A stretch of DNA of 53,690 nt from an uncultured Planctomycetales bacterium. GTDB lineage: Bacteria; Planctomycetota; UBA1135; CAZMYG01. The stretch covers positions 7,740 to 61,429 of the forward strand of contig CAZMYG010000003.1 of NCBI GenBank assembly GCA_964570465.1, given 5' to 3'. Of the stretch, positions 47,948 through 53,690 are shown piece after piece; positions within the stretch are counted from its first letter, which is position 1, and each line of letters opens with the position of its first letter. Below the pieces are notes generated by a model, which had not been told where the DNA came from, made no database searches, and worked only from the letters and a program-made list of their open reading frames with translations. A program made the translations under genes and the position numbers.

Positions 47948-48973
47948 TCAGCGCGCAGCTTCGAACTTTTTGAGCCTCTCCTGCAATTCCTCTTTCAGGG
48001 TTTTTGAATCCGCAAGCTCAACAGCTTTTTTCTGGGTTTCGATCGCTTTGTCATATTGCTTGAGTCGGAAATAGCATTCTGCCAAGGTGTCCAGGACGCC
48101 AGCTGAGTTGGGCTCTTTTGCGACGGCCTTTTTGGCGTACTCCAAAGCCCGATCTAGTTTTCGATTGTGAGTGGCAAGAAACCAGGCGTAATCGTTAAGC
48201 CATATCGCATCATCAGGTTTGTTTTTGATGACATACTCGAAAGAAGGCTCCGCGATATCCGGATGATCTTTCTGGGCGAGGAATGCGGCGATTGTTTCAT
48301 GCGCGGGAAGAGCAAACTTAGGATCGGGGTATTTTTTTGCAAAAGAAAGCAGCTTGCTCGTGTCTCCGCTTTCTTCCAACGCCATGATGGCGAGATCTCG
48401 TTTCGCAAGAATGGCGGATTCGGTCTTGGTTTCAAAATCGAGCTCGAGAATTTTATTCAAATGCTCTGCGGTTTTTTCGCGCTCGCCGCGCTCGCGGTAT
48501 TTGCCTGCTAGCTTCCAATGTAATTGGGGATCGTTAGGAGAATTGGAAACTTCCTTTTGTAGGGTTTGGAAGTTTTTCCCGCCTTGGAATTCTTTGAGCT
48601 GTTTGATGAACTCCGCCGACTCCGCATAGCCAGAGATTCGATCTGTTTCTTTGCCATCGGCTTCAACGAGTACAAAAGTCGGAAATCCGTTCACTCCGTA
48701 TTTCTTCGCGATTCTCGGGCCCTCTCCCTTTTCTGCATCGATTTTCCAAGTGACGATTCCATTGAGATAGGAAATCACCGAAGCATCTTGGAAAGTTGTC
48801 TTGTCCATCTTTTTGCACCAAACACACCAATCCGTGAAAAAGTCGATGAGCACGGGCTTTTTCTCGGCTTTTGCTTTGGCGAGAGCTTCTTCAAAATTGC
48901 CTTGGAAGTAAGTAACACCTTCGCCAGAAATGGGGGCGGCGAGAGTGAATAAGAGCGCAAGTTCTGCAACCAT
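47948..48973 (-). CDS. Exported thioredoxin-fold protein with TPR repeats
   Basis: Signal-like N-terminus, WCVWC (CxxC), cis-Pro GFPT; C-terminal LNDYAW..LDTLA TPRs. Confidence 0.88.
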   Translation of the reverse strand: MVAELALLFTLAAPISGEGVTYFQGNFEEALAKAKAEKKPVLIDFFTDWCVWCKKMDKTTFQDASVISYLNGIVTWKIDAEKGEGPRIAKKYGVNGFPTFVLVEADGKETDRISGYAESAEFIKQLKEFQGGKNFQTLQKEVSNSPNDPQLHWKLAGKYRERGEREKTAEHLNKILELDFETKTESAILAKRDLAIMALEESGDTSKLLSFAKKYPDPKFALPAHETIAAFLAQKDHPDIAEPSFEYVIKNKPDDAIWLNDYAWFLATHNRKLDRALEYAKKAVAKEPNSAGVLDTLAECYFRLKQYDKAIETQKKAVELADSKTLKEELQERLKKFEAAR

Positions 48974-49037
48974 GTTTTTTCCTCAGACAAGAAAAGTGTT
49001 TCTCATCCTAGGTTCTATCTAATAAATATCCAGGTTC

Positions 49038-50657
49038 ATGAAGAGACGCTTTTTCAGGGGACCTCTAATAATTTCTCGCGGCTGGTTTGCGGCGGAGTCG
49101 GACGGCGGCTTTGTTGCAGCTCCTCCGAAACCCGTCCTAGGAGGGTTGCGTCGTCGCTGCGCCTCGCCGCCCTCCGACCGCGCTCGCAAACCAGCTCGCG
49201 GGGAATTATTAGAGGTCCCCTTCATCCTTTTACTGCTTTGCCTGTTCCCGTATTTCCTCGGGCTGAACTCTGTAGGCCTTTTTGAGGCGGAGGAAACGCG
49301 GCAGGCATTGATTGCGAAGGAAATGTTCGAGACCGGGAATTGGCTAGTGCCGCGCTTGTCGGGAGTGCCGATTCTGGAAAAACCTCCGCTTGCGAGCTGG
49401 TTGGTGGCGGGGTCATTTCATTTATTCGGGGTGCAGGAGTGGTCTGCGCGGCTTTTGTCTTTGCTCTGTGCGCTGTTCACGGTGTTTTTTGCTGTGCGGC
49501 TTGGAACTTTGCTAGCCAATCAAAACGCAGGAGGGATTGCCGGAATATTGCTTGCGACAAGTCCGCTCTTTTTTGGAATGGGACGGTTGTTGAGTACAGA
49601 TATGTTGTTTAGTGCAGCGATCGGCGGCGGGCTGTATTTCCTCTTAGCCTACTCAGTCAAGAACTCTTGGTATTCGGCCTTGGGATTTGGACTCAGTCTC
49701 GCTGCGGCATTACTAAGCAAAGGTCCTATCGGCGCTTTCTTATTAGGCTTCGCTGTATTGGCGTCGAGTTGGACTCAGCGCTCCTGGAAGGAATGCAAGA
49801 TTCTATTTCACCCTTTAAGTTTGCTGCTAGCGATTGGATTGAGCCTGCCTTGGTTTTGGCTGATTGCGCAGCAATATCCATCCTTCCTCGATCATTACTT
49901 GCATCAGCATTTAGGGCGGTTTTGGGAAGTCGATTCGAGTGAACGCGATTTTCATGCGGAGCCGCTCTGGTATTACCTGCCAGTCATTTTTGGAGTTTTC
50001 TTGCCGTGGAGCGCTTTTCTCATTTCTGCTTTCCTGAATGTTAGAAAGAGTTTCTTGCCAAATTGGGATTGCAAACGAACTCGTGCGCTTTGGCTTTGGG
50101 CGCTGCTTTCCTTTGCTTTCTTTTCTGTTTGTGCAGGGAAGCGAATTCCCTATTTACTGCCGCTGCTACCGGCCTTAGCCGTTGGGGTTGCGATCTATCT
50201 CGAAAGCTGGATGGTGAAGAAAAAAAATCGCCCGATTCTTCTTCGAAACTTAGCTCTAGCTACGATCGCGCTAGAAATGACTTTGGTATTTTTCCTGTCC
50301 CACTTTGATTCTCGTATTTCGATGCGTAGCACGATGGAGCAAGCACAGGCTTGGATGGAGACAGGAAGAACGTTAGTGCTCTTTCCACGCTATCGACCTG
50401 GACCTTTTTACTATTCACCGTTTCCAGTCAAAGTCTGTGGTTCCCCGGACGAACTCGATTTTGGTCTGGAATTGGAGCCGCAGCGGGCGGGCATTTTTCT
50501 CTCGGATCCGGAATTTAGCGCTTTGTTGTATCGACCTGGCTCTTTGGTGATTGTCGGTCCTTCAGATCATTTGCTGTCAAATTTGAAACGCTGGGACCCA
50601 ACAGGGAAATTTCAACGTGCCGGAGAAAATCAAAAATGGATGGTGGTTAAAAACTAA
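49038..50657 (+). CDS. ArnT/PMT (GT-C) family glycosyltransferase carrying a 56-aa MITE-derived N-terminal insertion
   Basis: ETRQALIAKEM, WLVPRL..EKPPL, EWSARL, KGP, PLWYY and KRIPYLLP motifs; many TM helices. Confidence 0.88.
   Translation: MKRRFFRGPLIISRGWFAAESDGGFVAAPPKPVLGGLRRRCASPPSDRARKPARGELLEVPFILLLLCLFPYFLGLNSVGLFEAEETRQALIAKEMFETGNWLVPRLSGVPILEKPPLASWLVAGSFHLFGVQEWSARLLSLLCALFTVFFAVRLGTLLANQNAGGIAGILLATSPLFFGMGRLLSTDMLFSAAIGGGLYFLLAYSVKNSWYSALGFGLSLAAALLSKGPIGAFLLGFAVLASSWTQRSWKECKILFHPLSLLLAIGLSLPWFWLIAQQYPSFLDHYLHQHLGRFWEVDSSERDFHAEPLWYYLPVIFGVFLPWSAFLISAFLNVRKSFLPNWDCKRTRALWLWALLSFAFFSVCAGKRIPYLLPLLPALAVGVAIYLESWMVKKKNRPILLRNLALATIALEMTLVFFLSHFDSRISMRSTMEQAQAWMETGRTLVLFPRYRPGPFYYSPFPVKVCGSPDELDFGLELEPQRAGIFLSDPEFSALLYRPGSLVIVGPSDHLLSNLKRWDPTGKFQRAGENQKWMVVKN
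49057..49220. mobile_element. 164-bp MITE with 17-bp perfect TIRs and 4-bp TTCA target-site duplication
   Basis: GGGGACCTCTAATAATT (49057-49073) and AATTATTAGAGGTCCCC (49204-49220); TTCA at 49053-49056 and 49221-49224. Imperfect pairing extends about 55 nt inward. Confidence 0.9.
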
Positions 50658-51709
50658 CCAGGGCCGCGTAAGTTTTTGAGCTTGGCGATGGCATCGAGCA
50701 CGGATTTTTTCTCGGAAGGAGAAGTTGACGGAGGCTCGGGAGCTTTTCGAACGGGCTGTTCATGTGCATGAGTTCCGCCAGCCGGGGCTGCAACTGGAGC
50801 CGGCGCCGGCGCGCTAGCCAAAATACTTCCAGGTCTCGCCTTTGCGCTGTGCTGCGCGAATTCCAATTGTTCGAATAAGTTGACAGCTTTTTCAGCGGAT
50901 TCAGCGCTCTTCTGAGCGGCAGAGGCTGCCAGGCTGGCGGCTTCAAGAGACTGATGAATCAAAGCCTGGCTCTTCGAGATTTCTGTATGCAGCTTGGCCA
51001 GACCATTACGCTCTTCTTGCTGTGCGTTAGTGATTGCCGTTTGCAGTGGCTCGAGTGAAACGGTCGGCGCTTTCAGATTAATTAAAACGGTTTTCAATTG
51101 TTCTAATTGCTGTTGAATGGGCTCTAGTGATTTGCCTCGATTCGAGAGCATGGCGCTATCTTCGCGCAGTCGCGACATTTGGACTTTGATCTCTTCAAAG
51201 GAGCCGGCGATTTCTTCAATTTTGAGTTCCTGCTTTTGCAAGCTGGTATGAACGGTTTCCAAGGGTTTCGCAAATTTCTGCGAAGCCGTGAGCACCGGAG
51301 AAATGCGCTCTTCGAGTCGTTCCGCAAAAGGACGAAGGGCTGCAAGTAAGGAAGCCACTTCTCGATCGAAAGCCTGCTCGGTGAGATCGCTCATTTTGCC
51401 TTCGATGCGGCGTAAGTCCTTCATCAAAAAGAAAAACGCAAGTAATACGGCTCCCATTCCTGCGAGCATTCCACTCAAGAGCATCGAGCTTTGATTCGAG
51501 GCGGCTGCAGCTTTCTCGATGCCTTCGGGAGTGACCGTGGCCGCGGCGCCTGCAGGGTTCGCTGGGTTCGGCATTTCTCCCATCTGCAGAGAGAACATCA
51601 AAATACCGCCGACCAAAGTGGCGGCCCCCAAGACTGCCAAGAGAATAGGGAAAATTCCCAGCGGAGCTGAGTTTGCTTCAGATTCGGGGCGTTTTATTTC
51701 TTCGTCCAC
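50654..51709 (-). CDS. Hypothetical membrane protein with two TM helices and a long coiled coil
   Basis: Two hydrophobic segments, heptad-like region, Pro/Ala linker and amphipathic C-terminal helix (SVLDAIAKLKNLR). GTG start with GAGGA RBS. Confidence 0.75.
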   Translation of the reverse strand: MDEEIKRPESEANSAPLGIFPILLAVLGAATLVGGILMFSLQMGEMPNPANPAGAAATVTPEGIEKAAAASNQSSMLLSGMLAGMGAVLLAFFFLMKDLRRIEGKMSDLTEQAFDREVASLLAALRPFAERLEERISPVLTASQKFAKPLETVHTSLQKQELKIEEIAGSFEEIKVQMSRLREDSAMLSNRGKSLEPIQQQLEQLKTVLINLKAPTVSLEPLQTAITNAQQEERNGLAKLHTEISKSQALIHQSLEAASLAASAAQKSAESAEKAVNLFEQLEFAQHSAKARPGSILASAPAPAPVAAPAGGTHAHEQPVRKAPEPPSTSPSEKKSVLDAIAKLKNLRGPG

Positions 51710-51823
51710 GGATGTCCTCGAAACAGATTAAGAGCCCCTTTTATCGGATAATTCCCTGGCCAAAGTTGATAGAGAAACGGTTTTCTTGCTGCTGGAGTCC
51801 CCCAGGCGTATCCTGCTCGGCTC

Positions 51824-53632
51824 ATGTCAAATTCTTTGCGTGGCATTGCCATTTCGACAGGAATTGTGGTGGGTAAGGCCCAGGTTTTGGATCTGGAGCC
51901 AGAGGAAGATCTTTTACCCATCCCTCATTCCGTCAACCTAGACAAAGAAATTCGACGTTTTCGCGCGGCTCTGTCTAAGGCAGAGCGAAAGTTGCATCAG
52001 ATTAAGAATGCGGTTCAGAAGAAGGCTGGCGAGCGCGATGCGATGATTTTTCAGGCCCAGCTGGCAATTTTGCGAGACCCTTCTGCCCACGAAGAAGTCA
52101 TTCGCGCTTTAAGAGAACAGAAAACCACTTCGGAAAAAGCGGTTCGCCTGTTGATGAAAGGTTTTGAAAGCAAATTTCGCGCGATTTCTGATCCGGGGCG
52201 CGATTGGGTTTCTGAAGTAAGAGATCCTTGGAATTTGGTGCTGCAGGCTTTGTTGCTTGGAGAGCAGAAAAAATTGCTCGGCGCAGAGGATCGGTACATT
52301 TTGGTCACCGAAGAACTCACTCCGACCATTGCCATGTATTTGGAAAAGGGACGAGTGATTGCCGTGGTGAGCGAGCGCGGGGGAAAGTATTCACACGGCG
52401 CGATTTTGGTGAGATCGTTTGGAATTCCTGCCATCGCTGGAATCTCGAAAGCAACGAGTCGGATTCGCAGTGGCATGACTTTGATCGTCAACGGGGATGA
52501 CGGAGAGCTTTGGATTGAGCCTTCTTCCGAGAAAGTGATCGAGCAAAGACGGCGCAGTCGAGAGCAAGCGGTTCGGGCGCAGTTGATTGCGCATCGAGCG
52601 CAGGAGCCGCTGAAGTCTCGCAACGGCGACCGCATTTTGGTTGAAGCGAATGTAGAGAGCCTGCGCGATCTAGATCAATTTGATTTATCCGTTGTCGATG
52701 GAATTGGTTTGCTTCGCACGGAATTTCTTTTCCGCGAGCGTAGTGAATTTCCCTCCGAAGACGAGCAAGTTGAGATCTATCGTCAGGCATTAAAGAGCCT
52801 GAAGGGTAAGCCAGTCACGTTTCGGACTTTGGATATTGGCGGTGATAAGCCCTTGCCCATGCTGCAAACGCCTAAGGAAAACAATCCAAGTCTCGGATGG
52901 CGGGGGCTGCGCCTCTCTTTGCAATGGCGAGACTTGTTGATTGTGCAGCTTCGCGCACTTTTGAGGGTGAGTGAGTTTGGGCCAGTTCGCATTCTTTTGC
53001 CCATGGTGACCAACCTTGGGGAAGTGCGTACCGTGCGCGAGTTGATCGATTCTCTACAACAGGATTTGCTTGGAGTAAAACGAGGGGTCAAGGATTCGGT
53101 GCCTTTGGGCATCATGGTTGAAGTCCCAGCGGCGGCTTATTTGCTGCCACATCTGAAAGATTTGATCGATTTTATCAGCGTTGGAACCAACGATCTGACT
53201 CAGTATTTACTTGCAGTCGATCGCGACAATCCTTGGGTGGAATCTCTATATGAACCGTTTCACCCGGCCATGATTCGCTTTTTAGACGAGTTGGCAAAAA
53301 CGGCAAGGCAGTGTAACATTGCAACTTCCATCTGCGGTGAGATGGCAGGCGACCCAGAAGCAGCCATGCTTTTCTATGCAATGGGGATTCGAAGTTTGAG
53401 TATGGTTCCCAATCGAGTGGCGGGGGTAAAAGCGCTGCTGCGTTTGGCGGACCGGCGCGAGATGGAACGGTTGAGGACAGAAGTATTGGGACTTGCAACG
53501 GCAGAAGAAATTCGCCAAGCTCTCAGCCGCGAAGCGAGGAAACTGTGGGATCTGGCCCCTGGCCGAAAAGAGTTGGGGGGAAGTCGAGCTCGCACGGTGC
53601 GGGCAGTTTTGAAAAAAGGACGAGGGAGATAG
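51824..53632 (+). CDS. ptsI: Phosphoenolpyruvate-protein phosphotransferase (PTS enzyme I)
   Basis: SHGAIL phospho-His, GIGLLRTEFLF, RTLDIGGDK, ENNPSLGWRG, GTNDLTQY and CGEMA motifs; no GAF domain. Confidence 0.93.
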   Translation: MSNSLRGIAISTGIVVGKAQVLDLEPEEDLLPIPHSVNLDKEIRRFRAALSKAERKLHQIKNAVQKKAGERDAMIFQAQLAILRDPSAHEEVIRALREQKTTSEKAVRLLMKGFESKFRAISDPGRDWVSEVRDPWNLVLQALLLGEQKKLLGAEDRYILVTEELTPTIAMYLEKGRVIAVVSERGGKYSHGAILVRSFGIPAIAGISKATSRIRSGMTLIVNGDDGELWIEPSSEKVIEQRRRSREQAVRAQLIAHRAQEPLKSRNGDRILVEANVESLRDLDQFDLSVVDGIGLLRTEFLFRERSEFPSEDEQVEIYRQALKSLKGKPVTFRTLDIGGDKPLPMLQTPKENNPSLGWRGLRLSLQWRDLLIVQLRALLRVSEFGPVRILLPMVTNLGEVRTVRELIDSLQQDLLGVKRGVKDSVPLGIMVEVPAAAYLLPHLKDLIDFISVGTNDLTQYLLAVDRDNPWVESLYEPFHPAMIRFLDELAKTARQCNIATSICGEMAGDPEAAMLFYAMGIRSLSMVPNRVAGVKALLRLADRREMERLRTEVLGLATAEEIRQALSREARKLWDLAPGRKELGGSRARTVRAVLKKGRGR

Positions 53633-53690
53633 AAACGATGAATGGTGTTCGCAAAGAAATTCGGCGCGGTAGATGGTCGATTGGGGAAGT

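Noticed and set aside
43525-47953. ATCAGCG at both ends of the islet as att sites
   Set aside because: Only 7 bp, expected by chance; no integrase or tRNA target.
53638-53690. ORF start at the right edge (MNGVRKEIRRGRWSIGE)
   Set aside because: Too short to assign a product or confirm as a gene.

Overview
Dense, roughly 50% GC bacterial chromosomal segment. It is probably from a Planctomycetota-like organism, an inference from the ECF sigma/Ser-Thr kinase pair, the carboxypeptidase-regulatory-like repeat protein and the ECF/anti-sigma-vWA pair. Gene content: a lipid-catabolism block (patatin, PaaK-like CoA ligase, FadI/FadJ-like pair, barrel-like protein, lipase); a propionyl-CoA/methylmalonyl-CoA cluster interrupted by a lone short flagellin and a transglutaminase-like protein; two ECF signalling modules; housekeeping genes (rluD, valS, kdsA, pepP, mqnC, glyQS, ptsI); a large S8 protease; and a small defence-like islet (YhcG nuclease, structured leader + unknown ORF + DEDDy exonuclease, toxin-first AbiE pair). 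The most striking non-genic signals are three palindromic elements. A 164-bp MITE with 17-bp TIRs and a TTCA target duplication is inserted exactly in frame (+56 codons) in an ArnT-like gene. Two related perfect hairpins with 40-41 bp arms differ from each other by compensatory changes. No rRNA, tRNA, CRISPR array, integrase or transposase was recognised. All calls are from motif recognition by eye; no searches were run.
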